A stretch of 64,000 bases of DNA from assembly GCA_905182015.1 (NCBI GenBank), contig CAJIZT010000005.1:4312-68311 (forward strand), written 5' to 3'. The position numbers were made by a program, and so were the translations under genes. Source of the stretch: an alpha proteobacterium MED-G09 (GTDB lineage Bacteria; Pseudomonadota; Alphaproteobacteria; MED-G09). Shown piece by piece: positions 1 through 13,759 of the stretch (the stretch's first letter is position 1; each line of letters opens with the position of its first letter). Below the pieces are notes generated by a model that made no database searches, was not told where the DNA came from, and saw nothing but the letters and a program-made list of their open reading frames with translations.

Positions 1-1
1 A

Positions 2-292
2 GAAAAATGGGGAGTTTCTGCCGCTGCACCTGTCGCCGCCGCCGCTGCACCTGCCGCCGCCGCCGCCGCCGAAGAAGAAAAAGACTCATTTACAGTTGTA
101 CTGACTGCTGCTGGCGAGAAAAAGATTAATGTTATTAAGGAAGTAAGAACTATAACTGGACTAGGCTTAAAAGAAGCAAAGGATCTAGTTGAGGGTGCGC
201 CAAAAGATGTTAAAGAAAACGCATCAAAAAGCGAAGCTGCCGAGATTAAAGTAAAGCTCGAGGCTGCTGGTGCAACTGTTGAACTTAAATAA
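2..292 (+). CDS. rplL: 50S ribosomal protein L7/L12, C-terminal part (5' end lies outside the window)
   Basis: Frame 2 translates to ...[90 protein letters not shown], with the Ala-rich hinge and conserved L12 CTD; stop TAA at 290-292. Confidence 0.9.
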   Translation, partial: EKWGVSAAAPVAAAAAPAAAAAAEEEKDSFTVVLTAAGEKKINVIKEVRTITGLGLKEAKDLVEGAPKDVKENASKSEAAEIKVKLEAAGATVELK

Positions 293-344
293 TTGATTTG
301 TAAAACTTTAATTACTTTATAAAATAACTTAAGGCTAAATAAAC

Positions 345-3300
345 ATGTCTCAAACATTTCAAAATCGAAAAAGATTAAGAAAAACATTTCAACGAAATGA
401 AAAAATTGCTGAAATGCCTAACCTTATTCAGGTTCAGAAAATTTCTTATGAACTATTTTTACAAAGATTTATAAAAGGTGAAGATAGGCTTGATAAAGGT
501 TTGGAGAATGTTTTTAAATCAGTTTTTCCGATTAGCGATTTTAGCGAAACATCAACTATAGAATATATCGCTTATGCATTTGACGAACCAAAATTTGATA
601 CAGAGGAATGCATTCAAAGAGGACTAACCTATGCTGCGCCGCTAAAAGTCACTTTAAGGTTGATAGTTTTTGACGTTGATGAAGAGACGTTAGCAAAATC
701 AGTTAAGGATGTTAAGGAGCAGGACGTTTATATGAGCGATTTACCATTAATGACGGAAAATGGTACGTTTATAATCAATGGAACGGAAAGAGTTGTTGTT
801 TCTCAGATGCACAGAAGTCCAGGCGTCTTTTTCGATCATGACAAAGGCAAGACTCATTCTTCAGGAAAGATATTATTTTCTGCAAGGATTATTCCGTACA
901 GAGGCTCCTGGATGGATTTCGAATTTGATCCAAAAGATATAGTAAATGCTAGAATTGATAGAAAGAAAAAAATTCCAGCAACAACTATACTCTACAGTCT
1001 TGGTTATGATTCTGAGGAAATCCTTTCAATGTTTTATAAGGATGAGGAGATTGAAAGGCATAAAGACGGATGGAAGAAAGATTTCACTCCAGGCAATATA
1101 TCTGGAGGAAAATCATTATTTCCCTTGGTTTCCAATGGAAAGGTTGTTGTTGAAGCAGGTAAGAAGTTTACGCCGAGGCTGCTTAATCAATTAGCTGAAA
1201 AAAATATAAAGGAACTAGAGGTAACCAATGAGGAGCTTCTAGGAAAATTTATCGCTAAAGATATTGTTAATATGGAAACGGGAGAAATTTTCTCTGAAGC
1301 TGGTCAGGAAATCACTGAAGAGCTTCTTGCTGAATTAGAATTGGCAAAAATTAGCTCCATATCTATTCTTGTAATTGATAATATTAATGCGAGTCCATTC
1401 TTGAGAAATACTCTTGCTATTGATAAGTCGATTGATAAAGAAACTGCACTATTTGAAATATATAAAATATTAAGACCAGGTGAACCTCCAACCGTTGAAA
1501 GCGCTACTGCATTATTCGATAGTTTATTTTTTGATGCTGATCGTTATGACCTTTCTGATGTCGGAAGAGTTAAGCTCAATATGCGGTTAAACTTGAATAC
1601 ATCCGATACGGTTCGAGTCCTTACAAAGGAAGATATTTGTTCAGTTTTGAAGACCTTAGTAAACCTTCGCGATGGTAAGGGTGATATTGATGATATTGAT
1701 AATTTAGGGAATAGGCGCGTTCGATCTGTTGGTGAATTAATGGAGAATCAATTCCGTATTGGTCTCCTAAGAATGGAAAGGGCAATAAGAGAGAGAATGA
1801 GTTCTGTCGATATTGACGCCGTTATGCCGCAAGACATTATTAACGCTAAGCCTATTGCTGCAACAATTAGAGAATTTTTTGGTTCATCTCAGCTATCTCA
1901 GTTCATGGATCAAACAAATCCACTTTCAGAGATTACCCACAAAAGAAGAGTATCCGCCTTAGGGCCGGGTGGTCTTACTAGGGAAAGAGCTGGTTTTGAG
2001 GTAAGAGATGTTCATCATACTCATTATGGCAGAATTTGTCCTATTGAAACTCCGGAGGGGCCAAATATTGGATTGATTAACTCACTGGCTACTTACTCTA
2101 GAATTAATAAGTACGGCTTTATAGAAAGCCCGTACCTAAAAGTTGTTGATGGTAAAAAAACTAATGAAATATCCTATCTTTCTGCTGTTGAAGAAAGTAG
2201 ATATAGAATTGCCCAAGCTGATGAACCTTCTGATAGTAAAGGAAACCTTCTTTCCGAACTACTAAACTGTAGGCACGATGGAGACTTTGACCTTGTTGCC
2301 CCAGAATCTGTTGATTTTGTTGATGTTAGTCCTCAGCAGACAGTGTCAGTGGCTGCAGCACTAATACCCTTTCTTGAAAATGATGATGCTAATCGAGCGT
2401 TGATGGGTTCAAATATGATGAGACAAGCTGTACCCCTTGTTACAAATGAAGCTCCGTTCGTTGGTACAGGAATGGAGGCTACCGTTGCTAAGGATTCAGG
2501 ATCATCTGTTGTTGCAAGGAGAGACGGAGTCGTTGATCAGGTGGATGCTCAAAGAATTGTTATAACATCAAGTGGAGATCTCGAAGCTGGTGATCTTGGT
2601 GTCGATATTCATAATTTAAAGAAATTTCAAAGATCCAATCAATCAACATGTATGAATCAGAGACCTTTAGTTCGGGTAGGCGATATTGTATTTAAAGGTG
2701 ATATTATTGCTGATGGGCCATCAACTGACCTTGGTGAGTTAGCTCTTGGAAAGAATGTCCTGGTGGCGTTTATGCCTTGGAATGGTTATAATTTTGAGGA
2801 TTCAATATTAATATCAGAAAAAATTGTTAAAGATGATGTTTTTACCTCTATTCACGTTGAGGAATTTGAAATTATGGCAAGAGATACAAAACTTGGTTCT
2901 GAGGAAATTACTCGGGACATACCTAATGTTGGCGAAGAAGCATTAAGAAACCTAGATGAGTCAGGTATTGTTTATATCGGAGCGGAAGTAAGGCCTGGTG
3001 ACATTCTTGTAGGAAAGGTCACCCCCAAGGGTGAAAGTCCGATAACCCCTGAAGAGAAACTTCTAAGAGCTATTTTTGGTGAAAAAGCTTCTGATGTGAG
3101 AGATTCTTCTTTAAAACTCCCTCCCGGAACAAATGGATCTGTTGTCGATGTTAGAGTTTTTAATAGGCATGGGATTGAGAAAGATGAACGTGCCTTAGCT
3201 GTTGAAAGAGAGGAGGTTGAAAGACTTTCTATTGATAGAGACGATGAGCTTTCTATCTTAGATAGAAATATTTACTCTAGGTTGAAGGTATCAATACTAA

Positions 3301-4421
3301 ATAAAATAGCTTCCTCAGGCCCTTCTGTTAGTTCTAATAAAACTAAGATTGATGAAGACTTGCTAAATATTATTCCAAAAAATGAATGGTGGGATTTTGT
3401 AATGCAAAATAACTCTATTCAAAAAGATATGGAAAATCTTCGTGATCAATACGATGAAAATAAAAATCAAATTGAAAAAAGATTTGCTGATAAAGTTGAG
3501 AAAGTAAGCCGTGGCGATGAGCTTTTGCCTGGTGTTATGAAAAGTATAAAAGTTTATGTTGCCATAAAAAGAAAGTTACAGCCAGGAGATAAAATGGCTG
3601 GTAGGCATGGAAACAAGGGTGTTATTTCTAGAATTGTCCCTGTTGAGGATATGCCTTACTCCAGTGACGGAAGACATGTAGATATTGTCTTAAACCCATT
3701 AGGTGTTCCTAGCAGAATGAATGTTGGTCAAATATTGGAAACACATTTAGGTGCTGCGTGCGCAGGCCTTGGGAGGCAAATAAACAGTGCGCTTAAGGAG
3801 TATGAAAATAGCGGTGATATTTCTAATATTCGCTCGACCTTGGAAGATATCTATAAGCCTTCAGAAATAGAAAAGTATGAGGATGGTGACCTTATTGAAC
3901 TTAGTCATACTTTGACAAAGGGCGTGCCAATAGCTACACCAGTTTTTGATGGTGCGAGAGAAAATGATATTAACGACCTTCTCAAGAAGGCAAACTTAGA
4001 CACCAGCGGTCAAATCACTCTTTACGATGGAAGAACAGGCAAAAAGTTTGATAGACCCGTTACTGTTGGATATATATATATGCTTAAGCTGCATCATTTA
4101 GTTGACGATAAGATTCATGGTCGTTCGGTGGGGCCATACAGTCTTGTGACGCAACAACCTCTGGGCGGTAAAGCTCAGTTTGGTGGCCAAAGATTTGGTG
4201 AAATGGAAGTGTGGGCCTTAGAAGCATATGGCGCAGCATATACTCTTCAAGAAATGCTCACTGTTAAATCGGATGATGTTGCAGGAAGAACAAAGGTTTA
4301 TGAGTCTATAGTTAGAGGTGAAGAGAACTTTGAATCAGGAGTGCCTGAAAGCTTTAATGTTTTAGTTAAGGAGATGAGATCTTTAGGACTAAATGTTGAA
4401 TTACAAGATTCAGTTGATTAA
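345..4421 (+). CDS. rpoB: DNA-directed RNA polymerase subunit beta
   Basis: 1358 aa; conserved RpoB blocks ([79 protein letters not shown]); follows rplL as in the rplKAJL-rpoBC operon. Confidence 0.97.
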   Translation: MSQTFQNRKRLRKTFQRNEKIAEMPNLIQVQKISYELFLQRFIKGEDRLDKGLENVFKSVFPISDFSETSTIEYIAYAFDEPKFDTEECIQRGLTYAAPLKVTLRLIVFDVDEETLAKSVKDVKEQDVYMSDLPLMTENGTFIINGTERVVVSQMHRSPGVFFDHDKGKTHSSGKILFSARIIPYRGSWMDFEFDPKDIVNARIDRKKKIPATTILYSLGYDSEEILSMFYKDEEIERHKDGWKKDFTPGNISGGKSLFPLVSNGKVVVEAGKKFTPRLLNQLAEKNIKELEVTNEELLGKFIAKDIVNMETGEIFSEAGQEITEELLAELELAKISSISILVIDNINASPFLRNTLAIDKSIDKETALFEIYKILRPGEPPTVESATALFDSLFFDADRYDLSDVGRVKLNMRLNLNTSDTVRVLTKEDICSVLKTLVNLRDGKGDIDDIDNLGNRRVRSVGELMENQFRIGLLRMERAIRERMSSVDIDAVMPQDIINAKPIAATIREFFGSSQLSQFMDQTNPLSEITHKRRVSALGPGGLTRERAGFEVRDVHHTHYGRICPIETPEGPNIGLINSLATYSRINKYGFIESPYLKVVDGKKTNEISYLSAVEESRYRIAQADEPSDSKGNLLSELLNCRHDGDFDLVAPESVDFVDVSPQQTVSVAAALIPFLENDDANRALMGSNMMRQAVPLVTNEAPFVGTGMEATVAKDSGSSVVARRDGVVDQVDAQRIVITSSGDLEAGDLGVDIHNLKKFQRSNQSTCMNQRPLVRVGDIVFKGDIIADGPSTDLGELALGKNVLVAFMPWNGYNFEDSILISEKIVKDDVFTSIHVEEFEIMARDTKLGSEEITRDIPNVGEEALRNLDESGIVYIGAEVRPGDILVGKVTPKGESPITPEEKLLRAIFGEKASDVRDSSLKLPPGTNGSVVDVRVFNRHGIEKDERALAVEREEVERLSIDRDDELSILDRNIYSRLKVSILNKIASSGPSVSSNKTKIDEDLLNIIPKNEWWDFVMQNNSIQKDMENLRDQYDENKNQIEKRFADKVEKVSRGDELLPGVMKSIKVYVAIKRKLQPGDKMAGRHGNKGVISRIVPVEDMPYSSDGRHVDIVLNPLGVPSRMNVGQILETHLGAACAGLGRQINSALKEYENSGDISNIRSTLEDIYKPSEIEKYEDGDLIELSHTLTKGVPIATPVFDGARENDINDLLKKANLDTSGQITLYDGRTGKKFDRPVTVGYIYMLKLHHLVDDKIHGRSVGPYSLVTQQPLGGKAQFGGQRFGEMEVWALEAYGAAYTLQEMLTVKSDDVAGRTKVYESIVRGEENFESGVPESFNVLVKEMRSLGLNVELQDSVD

Positions 4422-4470
4422 TTAGCTGTGAATATTAGCAGTTTTTAGTTATTAAAAATATGAGGATATA

Positions 4471-7400
4471 ATGAATAAAGAAGTTTTAAATCTATTTAAT
4501 CAACCTAAATCAAGCCAATCTTTTGACCATATTCGTATTGGAATAGCTAGCCCAGAGAAGATACTTTCTTGGTCTTTTGGTGAAATAAAAAAACCAGAAA
4601 CCATAAATTACAGAACCTTTAAGCCCGAACGAGATGGTCTTTTTTGCGCAAGAATCTTTGGCCCAGTTAAGGATTACGAATGTCTCTGTGGTAAATACAA
4701 GAGAATGAAGTTTAAGGGTATTGTTTGCGAAAAATGTGGTGTTGAGGTAACTCTTTCAAAAGTAAGAAGGGAAAGAATGGGTCATATTGAGCTTGCATCT
4801 CCCGTAGCTCATATTTGGTTTTTAAAGTCTTTACCAAGTAGAATAGGCCTATTGCTAGATATGATGCTTAAAGATTTAGAAAAGGTTTTGTATTTTGAAA
4901 GTTATCTAGTTTTGGATCCTGGACTCACCCCCTTGGAGAATCTCCAGCTCTTAACTGAAGAAGAGTATTTAGATGCTCAAGATGAATACGGCGCTGATAA
5001 CTTTAAAGCTGAGATAGGAGCCGAAGCTATTCGATTCTTGTTGGAGAATATAGATTTAGACAAAATAAGTGATGATATACGACAGGAAATAAAGGAAACT
5101 AAAAGTGAGTTAAAGCCAATTAAATTGGCTAAACGACTTAAGCTAGTTGAAGCTTTTAAAGAATCTGGGAATAAACCAGAGTGGATGATAATGAAGGTTA
5201 TTCCAGTTATTCCACCTGAGTTAAGACCTCTCGTCCCTCTTGATGGAGGAAGGTTTGCTACCTCAGACCTTAACGACCTTTATAGAAGGGTTATTAATAG
5301 AAACAACAGGCTTAGAAGGTTACTAGATCTTCGCGCACCTGATATTATTCTTAGAAATGAGAGAAGAATGCTTCAAGAATCCGTCGATGCACTTTTTGAT
5401 AACGGAAGAAGAGGTAGGGTGATTACCGGCACTAATAAAAGACCACTAAAGTCCCTATCTGACATGTTAAAGGGTAAGCAAGGTAGATTTAGGCAAAATT
5501 TACTTGGTAAACGAGTTGATTATTCTGGTCGTTCTGTGATTGTTGTGGGACCTGAGCTCATGCTTCATCAATGTGGGTTACCTAAAAAATTAGCTTTAGA
5601 ATTATTTAAGCCTTTTATATACTCAAAGCTTGAATCTTTAGGATTTTCTTCGACTGTCAAACAGTCGCGTAGAATGGTTGAAAAACAAACTCCAGAGGTT
5701 TGGGATATACTTGAAGAGGTCATCAGGGAGCATCCTGTATTACTAAATAGGGCTCCAACCCTTCATAGACTTGGTATACAGGCTTTTGAACCAGTGTTGA
5801 TAGAGGGTAAAGCCATTCAATTGCATCCGTTAGTTTGTGCTGCTTTTAATGCTGACTTTGATGGAGATCAAATGGCGGTTCATGTTCCTCTGTCTTTAGA
5901 GGCGCAGCTTGAAGCTAGAGTTTTAATGATGTCTACTAACAATATCTTGCATCCAGCTAGTGGCGAACCAATTATTGTACCAAGTCAAGATATAGTTCTT
6001 GGCTTATATTATATGTCTCAGATGAAACAAGGCGAACCTGGCGAAGGAAAATCTTTTGATAGCATTTATGAGCTAAATTTTGCTCTTGAAGAGGGTTCGA
6101 TTACATTGCACTCAAAGATCAATTTTAGAATTTCTGAGAATGGAGATGAAAGAAAAATTATTGAAACTACTCCGGGAAGAGTTATAATTTCAAAGGAATT
6201 ACCTGAAAATGATAGTATTAAGTTTGAGATAATTAACAAACTTCTTACTAAAAAAGAAATATCAAGAATTATCGATGATGTTTATAGGCATTGCGGTCAA
6301 AAGGATACGGTTATTTTTTGTGATCATATAATGAAGCTTGGTTTTGAGAACGCCTTTAAGGCGGGTATCTCTTTTGGCAAAGACGATATGATTATTCCAG
6401 AAGAAAAAGAAAGTATGATTGAGGAAACTCATTCTTTAGCAACTGAGTTTGAGCAACAGTATATTGATGGATTTATTACAAGAGGCGAGAAATATAATAA
6501 AGTTGTTGATGCATGGGCTAAATGCACCGATAGAGTAGAAACTAAAATGATGGAAAAGATTTCAACTACATCGATAAACAAAGAAAGTAATCGAGAGAAC
6601 GATGTTAATTCGATTTATATGATGGCTCATTCTGGAGCTAGAGGATCTGCTGCGCAAATGAAACAATTAGCAGGTATGCGTGGGTTAATGGCGAAGCCTT
6701 CTGGTGAAATTATTGAAACGCCAATTATATCTAACTTTAAAGAAGGACTTAATGTTCTTGAATACTTTAATTCCACCCATGGAGCACGTAAAGGCTTGGC
6801 TGATACTGCATTAAAAACAGCAAATTCTGGTTATTTGACGCGAAGGTTAGTTGATGTGGCTCAGGATTGTATTATTACAGAGGTTGATTGTAAGACTGAC
6901 AAAGGAATTACTATGACAGCGGTGATCGATTCCGGTGAGGAGATAGTTTCTCTTTTTCAGAGATTATTAGGAAGAGTTCCATGCGAGGACATAATTGATC
7001 CGGGGACAAGTGAGGTTATAGCAAAAAAAGGTGATATTATTGCTGAGCATCAAATTCCTCTTTTGGAAAAAGCTAATTTAGTCTCAGTTCAACTGAGGTC
7101 AGTTCTAACATGCGAAACGAAACGTGGCGCTTGTGCAACTTGCTACGGTCGTGACCTGGCTAGAGGAACACCTGTTAATATTGGCGAGGCTGTTGGTGTT
7201 ATTGCTGCACAATCAATTGGAGAGCCTGGAACACAGTTAACCATGAGAACCTTCCATATTGGTGGAACGGCTCAAGTTGTTGATAATTCTTATGTTGAAT
7301 CTAATAGTGACGGCTCTGTTAAAATAGAAAATCTTAATACCTTAAAAGATTCTGACGGACGTACTATTGTTATTGGAAGAACAACAACAATCAATGTCAT

Positions 7401-8631
7401 TGATGAGAATGGTACTGAAAGAGCAAGTCATAAACTTCCCTACGGATCTCAATTATTGTTAAATGATGGCGATTCCGTTAAGAAGAATCAAAGATTGGCT
7501 CAGTGGGACCCTTATACGATTCCAATTATTACTGAAGCTGCTGGCGTTGTGGCATTTGAAGACTTAATTGATGGAATTAGTATCGGTGAGGTTTCCGATG
7601 AGTCTACAGGAATTAGTCAAAAAGTTGTAATTGATTGGAAAAACTCTGCTAAAAATGCTGATTTTAAACCTTCTATGGTCATTAAGGGAGAGGATGGCGA
7701 AGTCGTTACTTTTGAAGGCAATAGAGAGGCGAGATACCTAATGTCTGTTCATGCTATTATTTCATCAAGCGATGGAACAAAAGTAGGTGCTGGCGATGTA
7801 ATAGCTAGAATACCAACTGAAGGCGCAAAAACAAAAGACATTACAGGTGGACTTCCAAGAGTTGCGGAGCTCTTTGAGGCAAGAAAACCAAAAGATCATG
7901 CGATAATTGCTGAAGTAACCGGTAGGGTTGAATTTTCTAGGGATTATAAAAATAAAAAGAAAATTATTATACATCCTTCAGATGAATCTGAGGAAGAGGC
8001 TAGCTACCTTATCGCAAAAGGTAAGCATATTTCGGTCCAAGACGGTGATACAATTGAAAAAGGCGAATACCTAATTGATGGTAATCCTGCGCCTCATGAT
8101 ATTTTATCTATTTTAGGCTTAGAAGCTCTTGCTAGTTATCTAGTTAACGAAATTCAGAGTGTTTATCGTCTTCAAGGCGTTACAATTAATGACAAGCACA
8201 TTGAGGTTATTACAAGGCAAATGCTTCAAAAAATCGAAATCACGAATCCCGGTGACAGTGCATTTATCGCTGGAGAACAACTCGACAAGTTAGAGGCTGA
8301 AGAAATAAATGAAAAATTAATTGCTAAAAAACAAAAACCAATGGAAATTAAACCAATTCTTCTTGGTATTACGAAAGCGTCTCTTCAGACTAGATCGTTT
8401 ATTTCAGCTGCATCCTTCCAAGAAACCACTAGGGTTCTAACAGATGCCGCAGTTTACAGAAAATCCGATCATCTTGTTGGTTTAAAAGAGAATGTTATAG
8501 TTGGAAGACTTATTCCTGCTGGAACTGGAGCCGCTATCCGTCGACTAGAAAATGATGCTGCAGTAAGAGATGAAGCTTTAATGAAAGAAAAAATAAAAGA
8601 TGCCAAACTAGAAGAGGTGCAAACAGTATAG
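4471..8631 (+). CDS. rpoC: DNA-directed RNA polymerase subunit beta'
   Basis: 1386 aa; Zn-finger [20 protein letters not shown], catalytic [12 protein letters not shown], trigger loop/bridge helix regions. Confidence 0.97.
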   Translation: MNKEVLNLFNQPKSSQSFDHIRIGIASPEKILSWSFGEIKKPETINYRTFKPERDGLFCARIFGPVKDYECLCGKYKRMKFKGIVCEKCGVEVTLSKVRRERMGHIELASPVAHIWFLKSLPSRIGLLLDMMLKDLEKVLYFESYLVLDPGLTPLENLQLLTEEEYLDAQDEYGADNFKAEIGAEAIRFLLENIDLDKISDDIRQEIKETKSELKPIKLAKRLKLVEAFKESGNKPEWMIMKVIPVIPPELRPLVPLDGGRFATSDLNDLYRRVINRNNRLRRLLDLRAPDIILRNERRMLQESVDALFDNGRRGRVITGTNKRPLKSLSDMLKGKQGRFRQNLLGKRVDYSGRSVIVVGPELMLHQCGLPKKLALELFKPFIYSKLESLGFSSTVKQSRRMVEKQTPEVWDILEEVIREHPVLLNRAPTLHRLGIQAFEPVLIEGKAIQLHPLVCAAFNADFDGDQMAVHVPLSLEAQLEARVLMMSTNNILHPASGEPIIVPSQDIVLGLYYMSQMKQGEPGEGKSFDSIYELNFALEEGSITLHSKINFRISENGDERKIIETTPGRVIISKELPENDSIKFEIINKLLTKKEISRIIDDVYRHCGQKDTVIFCDHIMKLGFENAFKAGISFGKDDMIIPEEKESMIEETHSLATEFEQQYIDGFITRGEKYNKVVDAWAKCTDRVETKMMEKISTTSINKESNRENDVNSIYMMAHSGARGSAAQMKQLAGMRGLMAKPSGEIIETPIISNFKEGLNVLEYFNSTHGARKGLADTALKTANSGYLTRRLVDVAQDCIITEVDCKTDKGITMTAVIDSGEEIVSLFQRLLGRVPCEDIIDPGTSEVIAKKGDIIAEHQIPLLEKANLVSVQLRSVLTCETKRGACATCYGRDLARGTPVNIGEAVGVIAAQSIGEPGTQLTMRTFHIGGTAQVVDNSYVESNSDGSVKIENLNTLKDSDGRTIVIGRTTTINVIDENGTERASHKLPYGSQLLLNDGDSVKKNQRLAQWDPYTIPIITEAAGVVAFEDLIDGISIGEVSDESTGISQKVVIDWKNSAKNADFKPSMVIKGEDGEVVTFEGNREARYLMSVHAIISSSDGTKVGAGDVIARIPTEGAKTKDITGGLPRVAELFEARKPKDHAIIAEVTGRVEFSRDYKNKKKIIIHPSDESEEEASYLIAKGKHISVQDGDTIEKGEYLIDGNPAPHDILSILGLEALASYLVNEIQSVYRLQGVTINDKHIEVITRQMLQKIEITNPGDSAFIAGEQLDKLEAEEINEKLIAKKQKPMEIKPILLGITKASLQTRSFISAASFQETTRVLTDAAVYRKSDHLVGLKENVIVGRLIPAGTGAAIRRLENDAAVRDEALMKEKIKDAKLEEVQTV

Positions 8632-8802
8632 AATATTATAAAAAAATACTGTTTTTTCTTGACTGATAACGAATACAAAGTTACTAAGACAACGCTTATG
8701 ACAGGTCGTAGGATTTTCCTAAACGCTGCCGCGCCATTCGCAAAATTTTTAAATTAATTGCTCATTCTTTTGGGTGAGTGATTTTATATTGGGAAAAAAA
8801 TT

Positions 8803-9177
8803 ATGCCTACTATTAATCAATTGGTTCAAAGAGGCGGAAGAGCTCATATAGCCAAAAGAAATAAAGTTCCTGCCATGGAAGCATGTCCTCAAAAAAGGGG
8901 TGTATGTACGCGTGTTTACACAACAACTCCAAAAAAACCAAACTCTGCCTTACGTAAAGTGGCAAGAGTAAGGCTAACAAATGGTTTTGAGGTAACTAGC
9001 TATATCCCAGGTGAAGGTCATAACCTTCAAGAGCATTCTGTTGTTTTAATAAGAGGCGGAAGGGTGAAAGACTTACCCGGGGTAAGATATCATGTTCTAA
9101 GGGGCGTTCTAGATACCCAGGGTGTAGCTGATCGTAAGCAAAGAAGATCTAAGTATGGTACAAAAAGACCTAAGTAA
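8803..9177 (+). CDS. rpsL: 30S ribosomal protein S12
   Basis: 124 aa, [12 protein letters not shown]-type N-terminus, [11 protein letters not shown] motif. Confidence 0.96.
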   Translation: MPTINQLVQRGGRAHIAKRNKVPAMEACPQKRGVCTRVYTTTPKKPNSALRKVARVRLTNGFEVTSYIPGEGHNLQEHSVVLIRGGRVKDLPGVRYHVLRGVLDTQGVADRKQRRSKYGTKRPK

Positions 9178-9195
9178 TTTAAATAGAGGAATAAA

Positions 9196-9666
9196 ATGTC
9201 CAGAAGACATAAAGCAGAAAAAAGAGAAATTTTCCCTGATCCTAAATTCAGAGATGAAGTTGTTTCAAAGTTTATGAACAATCTCATGGTTCATGGTAAA
9301 AAGTCTATCGCAGAAAGAATTGTTTATGGAGCTTTTGATCAAATCGAAGGTAAGCTAAAAACTGATCCAATTAAAGTTTTTCACGATGCAATTGATAACG
9401 TAATGCCTTCTGTAGAGGTTAGATCTAGGCGCGTTGGTGGAGCTACTTATCAGGTTCCAGTGGAAGTTAGATCTGAAAGAAGAAAAGCTTTGGCGATTAG
9501 ATGGATAATTGCTGCTGCACGCTCAAGAAGTGAAGATACAATGGGAGAAAAATTATCCTCTGAACTAATAGATGCTTCAAACAATAGAGGTAATTCAGTT
9601 AAAAAACGAGAAGACACCCACAAGATGGCTGAGGCCAACAGGGCTTTCTCTCATTATCGTTGGTAG
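9196..9666 (+). CDS. rpsG: 30S ribosomal protein S7
   Basis: 156 aa, [12 protein letters not shown]... typical S7; str operon position. Confidence 0.95.
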   Translation: MSRRHKAEKREIFPDPKFRDEVVSKFMNNLMVHGKKSIAERIVYGAFDQIEGKLKTDPIKVFHDAIDNVMPSVEVRSRRVGGATYQVPVEVRSERRKALAIRWIIAAARSRSEDTMGEKLSSELIDASNNRGNSVKKREDTHKMAEANRAFSHYRW

Positions 9667-9684
9667 TTTATTAAAGGTTTATTT

Positions 9685-11760
9685 ATGGCGCGTAAAACAG
9701 CATTATCTGATTATAGAAATATTGGCATTATGGCCCATATTGATGCAGGTAAAACTACGACAACTGAGCGTATTTTATATTACACGGGTAAGAGTTATAA
9801 AATAGGTGAAGTTCATGATGGTGCGGCCACCATGGATTGGATGGAGCAAGAGCAAGAGCGAGGTATAACAATTACTTCTGCTGCTACAACATGCTTCTGG
9901 AATGATAAAAGAATTAATATAATTGATACACCTGGGCACGTTGATTTTACAATTGAAGTGGAAAGATCGTTGAGAGTTCTTGATGGAGCTGTTGCTGTTT
10001 TTGATTCTGTTGCTGGAGTTGAGCCTCAGTCTGAAACTGTTTGGAGACAAGCAAATAAGTATGATGTTCCTAGAATGTGCTTTGTGAATAAAATGGATAG
10101 AATTGGAGCAGACTTTTATCGTTGTGTTGAAATGATAAAAGACAGGCTCGGATCTACACCCTTAGTTCTTCAATTACCAATAGGGTCGGAAAGTAATTAT
10201 GAAGGCCTTGTTGATTTAGTTTTAATGAAAGAAGTTGTTTGGAAGGAAGAAAACTTAGGTGCTGAGTTTGAATACAGAGATATTAGAGATGACTTAAAGC
10301 AAGACGCTGAAAAGTATAGAGCTGAATTATTAGATGCTGCTGTTGAGCAGGATGACGAGGTTATGGAAGCCTATCTAGATGGTAACGAGCCTGATGTTGA
10401 TACTATTAAAAGATGTATCCGTGCGGGTGTTTTAAACCAATCTTTTGTTCCAGTTCTAAATGGTACTGCTTTTAAAAATAAAGGTGTTCAACCTCTTCTT
10501 GACGCAGTTGTTGATTTTATGCCTTCTCCTGTAGATGTTGATGCTATCAAGGGAGTTCATCCAGATACAGATGAAGAAATGACAAGGGATTCATCTGACG
10601 AAGAGCCCCTGTCTCTTTTAGCATTTAAGGTTATGAATGATCCATTTGTGGGTAATTTAACATTTGCGCGTATTTATTCTGGTGTTTTAGAGACAGGACA
10701 GACTCTTATTAATACCGTTAAAAATAGAAAAGAAAGAATTGGAAGAATGCTAGAAATGCATTCTAATTCTCGAGAAGATATTAAAGAAGCGCGTGCAGGT
10801 GATATTGTTGCGCTTGTTGGCCTTAAGGATACAACAACTGGCGATACGCTATGTGGTAATGAAGACCAAATTGTTCTTGAAAGAATGGAATTTCCTGAGC
10901 CTGTTATCGAAGTAGCAGTTGAACCAAAAACAAAAGCCGACCAAGAAAAAATGGGCTTAGCATTGGCTCGTTTAGCTAAAGAAGACCCGTCGTTCAGGGT
11001 ATCCTCAGACAACGAGTCTGGACAAACAGTTATTAGTGGGATGGGTGAGTTACATCTTGATATTTTAGTCGACAGAATGAAAAGAGAATTTAAGGTCGAG
11101 GCCAATGTTGGAGCGCCTCAGGTGGCTTATCGTGAGACTTTCTCTAGAGAGGCTGAAATTGATTACACGCATAAGAAGCAAAGCGGCGGAGCAGGTCAGT
11201 TTGCTAGATTAAAGATTGTTATCACGCCAAATAAGCCGGGTGAAGGGTACGAGTTTAAAAGTGAGATTGTTGGCGGGAATATTCCAAAAGAATATATACC
11301 CGGTGTTGAAAAAGGCATTGCTAGTGTTAAAGACGCTGGCGCACTCGCTGGATTTCCAATTATTGATTTTAGTGTAAGGCTTATTGATGGCGCATATCAT
11401 GACGTGGACTCTAGTGTTATGGCTTTTGAAATTGCTGCAAGAGCAGCATTCAGAGAGGTTTGTAGAGATGCTGGAATTAAACTTCTTGAGCCAATAATGA
11501 AAGTTGAAGTTGTAACACCAGAAGATCATCTCGGAGATATTATAGGTGACTTGAATAGCAGAAGAGGTCAGATATCTGGAACAGAAACACGTGGTCCATC
11601 AACTGTTATTGACTCTATGGTCCCTCTTGCAAATATGTTTGGTTATGTAAATACATTGCGATCAATGTCTCAAGGTAGAGCTGTTTTTACCATGTTGTTT
11701 GATCATTATCAGGAAGTTCCAAAAGCTGTTTCCGATGAAGTCATTGCTAAGTTAGCGTAA
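9685..11760 (+). CDS. fusA: Elongation factor G
   Basis: 691 aa; G1 [22 protein letters not shown] motifs; str operon position. Confidence 0.96.
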   Translation: MARKTALSDYRNIGIMAHIDAGKTTTTERILYYTGKSYKIGEVHDGAATMDWMEQEQERGITITSAATTCFWNDKRINIIDTPGHVDFTIEVERSLRVLDGAVAVFDSVAGVEPQSETVWRQANKYDVPRMCFVNKMDRIGADFYRCVEMIKDRLGSTPLVLQLPIGSESNYEGLVDLVLMKEVVWKEENLGAEFEYRDIRDDLKQDAEKYRAELLDAAVEQDDEVMEAYLDGNEPDVDTIKRCIRAGVLNQSFVPVLNGTAFKNKGVQPLLDAVVDFMPSPVDVDAIKGVHPDTDEEMTRDSSDEEPLSLLAFKVMNDPFVGNLTFARIYSGVLETGQTLINTVKNRKERIGRMLEMHSNSREDIKEARAGDIVALVGLKDTTTGDTLCGNEDQIVLERMEFPEPVIEVAVEPKTKADQEKMGLALARLAKEDPSFRVSSDNESGQTVISGMGELHLDILVDRMKREFKVEANVGAPQVAYRETFSREAEIDYTHKKQSGGAGQFARLKIVITPNKPGEGYEFKSEIVGGNIPKEYIPGVEKGIASVKDAGALAGFPIIDFSVRLIDGAYHDVDSSVMAFEIAARAAFREVCRDAGIKLLEPIMKVEVVTPEDHLGDIIGDLNSRRGQISGTETRGPSTVIDSMVPLANMFGYVNTLRSMSQGRAVFTMLFDHYQEVPKAVSDEVIAKLA

Positions 11761-11783
11761 ATTTTTATTAAAAAGGTAGAGAA

Positions 11784-12092
11784 ATGAAAGAACAAAATAT
11801 AAGAATTAGGCTAAAAGCATACGATCATAGAACGCTTGATACGTCTGCGAAAGAAATTCTTGATACGGCTAAAAGAACTGGAGCGGATGTACGCGGTCCA
11901 ATTCCTCTTCCAACTCGCATAGAAAAATTTACCGTTCTTAAAGGGCCTCATATCGATAAGAAAAGTAGAGAGCAATTTGAAATAAGAACTCATAAAAGAT
12001 TAATGGATATAATCGATCCTACACCTCAAACTGTTGACGCCCTTATGAAGTTAGATTTGGCGGCTGGTGTAGATGTTGAGATTAAATTATAG
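11784..12092 (+). CDS. rpsJ: 30S ribosomal protein S10
   Basis: 102 aa, [19 protein letters not shown]... canonical S10. Confidence 0.95.
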   Translation: MKEQNIRIRLKAYDHRTLDTSAKEILDTAKRTGADVRGPIPLPTRIEKFTVLKGPHIDKKSREQFEIRTHKRLMDIIDPTPQTVDALMKLDLAAGVDVEIKL

Positions 12093-12109
12093 GACTTGAG
12101 GTTGATAAG

Positions 12110-12856
12110 ATGAGAACTGGATTAATTTGTAAAAAACTTGGTATGAGTCGTTTATTTGATGATAGCGGCATACATATACCTGTAACTGTTCTTCACTTGG
12201 ATAATTGCCATGTTGTTTCAACAAAAACTGAAGGTAGAGATGGTTACTCATCTGTTCAGCTCGGTGTCGTCGATGCGAAAGATAAGCATGTATCAAAGCC
12301 AATGAAGGGCCACTTTAAGAAAAATAATATTCAACCAAAAGTTAAATTATCTGAGTTCCGTGTTAGTGAGGAAAACTTACTCGAGAATGGATCAGAGCTT
12401 TCTGCCTCTCACTTTGTTGACGGTCAGTACATTGATGCGTCGGGAATTTCAATTGGTAAGGGTTTTGCAGGAGCAATGAAACGTCATAACTTTGGTGGTT
12501 TAAGGGCATCGCATGGGGTATCGATTAGTCATAGAAGCCATGGATCTACTGGACAATGTCAAGATCCAGGCAAGGTGTTTAAAGGTAAAAAAATGGCAGG
12601 TCATATGGGCGCTGCGAATGTAACTGTTCAAAATCTAGAAGTTGTTAAAACTCAATCCGACGACGGATATATTTTTGTAAAAGGTGCTGTCCCTGGCCCT
12701 AAGGGTGGTTGGGTTTTGCTAAAAGACTCAGTAAAAAAATCTTTACCAGATAACGCTCCTTTTCCTGCTGGACTAAAAAATAATGATTCTGCTAACGATC
12801 AAAACCCTGAAACTCCTGAGGTTTTAAATAATGATGGAGATTCAAATGAAAGTTAA
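12110..12856 (+). CDS. rplC: 50S ribosomal protein L3
   Basis: 248 aa, [19 protein letters not shown] start, long alphaproteobacterial-type C-terminal tail. Confidence 0.93.
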   Translation: MRTGLICKKLGMSRLFDDSGIHIPVTVLHLDNCHVVSTKTEGRDGYSSVQLGVVDAKDKHVSKPMKGHFKKNNIQPKVKLSEFRVSEENLLENGSELSASHFVDGQYIDASGISIGKGFAGAMKRHNFGGLRASHGVSISHRSHGSTGQCQDPGKVFKGKKMAGHMGAANVTVQNLEVVKTQSDDGYIFVKGAVPGPKGGWVLLKDSVKKSLPDNAPFPAGLKNNDSANDQNPETPEVLNNDGDSNES

Positions 12857-13466
12857 TCTAGTAAGCTTAAGTTCGGATAAAAAGTCCTCTCATGAGTTAA
12901 ATGACGCTATATATGGGCTTGATCCTAGGCGTGACATTCTTCATAGAGTTGTAACATGGCAGCTAGCTAAAAGAAGGTCTGGCACGCATAAGGTTAAAGA
13001 AAGAGGAGAGGTTAAAGGTAGTACTAAAAAAATTATGGCTCAGAAAGGATCAGGCGGCGCAAGACATAGTACAAGAAAACCCAATCTTTTTAGAGGAGGT
13101 GGTGTTGCTTTTGGCCCTAAACCAAGAGATTATTCTTATAAGCTTCCTAAGAAAATTAGAACTCTTGGATTAAAGCATGCTCTTTCTGCTAAGGTTAAGA
13201 ATAATGAGTTAATTATTTTAGAAGAAGCAAAGCTTGATTCCCCAAAAACTAAGGAGCTTATTTCTAAAGTTAAAAAATTAAATCTTGAGAATGCTTTGTT
13301 TATAGACTCAAGGGATTTTGATAAAAACTTTGAATTAGCAATTAGCAATGCTAGTGGTCTAGAGCTTATTAATATTGAAGGAATAAATGTTTACGACATA
13401 CTTCGTAAAGAAAAACTAGTTCTTACAAAAAGATCTGTTGAAATGTTAAACGAGAGGCTCCAATGA
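12846..13466 (+). CDS. rplD: 50S ribosomal protein L4
   Basis: L4-like ([12 protein letters not shown] motif). The ORF track starts at 12831; the ATG at 12846 (MKVNLVSL...) is more plausible and overlaps the rplC stop by 11 nt. Confidence 0.9.
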   Translation: MKVNLVSLSSDKKSSHELNDAIYGLDPRRDILHRVVTWQLAKRRSGTHKVKERGEVKGSTKKIMAQKGSGGARHSTRKPNLFRGGGVAFGPKPRDYSYKLPKKIRTLGLKHALSAKVKNNELIILEEAKLDSPKTKELISKVKKLNLENALFIDSRDFDKNFELAISNASGLELINIEGINVYDILRKEKLVLTKRSVEMLNERLQ

Positions 13467-13756
13467 GCGAAAAAAGTTATTTTGATATACTAGTCAGCCC
13501 TGTAATTACTGAGAAATCTTCAATGCTCTCCGAGAGCAATAAGGTCGTATTTAAGGTTGGAATGAAGTCCTCCAAGAAAGAGATTAAAAAAAGTGTAGAA
13601 GAGCTTTTTAAAGTTAAAGTTAAGTCTGTTAATACGCTTAGGCGAAAAGGTAAGACTACTAACTTTAAGAATATTAAAGGTAAAAGAAAAGATTTTAAGC
13701 ATGCTATTATTACCCTTGAAGAAGGTCAGTCAATAGATGTTATGGGTGGGGTATAG
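13463..13756 (+). CDS. rplW: 50S ribosomal protein L23
   Basis: 97 aa; L23-like; ATGA overlap with rplD stop. Confidence 0.9.
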   Translation: MSEKSYFDILVSPVITEKSSMLSESNKVVFKVGMKSSKKEIKKSVEELFKVKVKSVNTLRRKGKTTNFKNIKGKRKDFKHAIITLEEGQSIDVMGGV

Positions 13757-13759
13757 AAA

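Noticed and set aside
946-1194. 82-aa ORF inside rpoB (+ strand, other frame)
   Set aside because: Entirely nested in the conserved rpoB frame; no SD; product is low-complexity basic read-through. A frame artefact.
7765-7974. Antisense ORFs within rpoC (7765-7974, 8469-8678) and within rpsL/rpsG/fusA (9090-9287, 9450-9638, 9775-10050, 10674-11105, 11209-11529)
   Set aside because: Antisense to strongly conserved genes; Phe/Ile/Ser-rich translations typical of the opposite strand of AT-rich coding DNA; no start context.
8632-8700. A7-TACTG-T6 element after rpoC considered as an intrinsic terminator
   Set aside because: The stem would be exclusively A-U pairs, so a very weak hairpin; cannot be supported as a rho-independent terminator from sequence alone.
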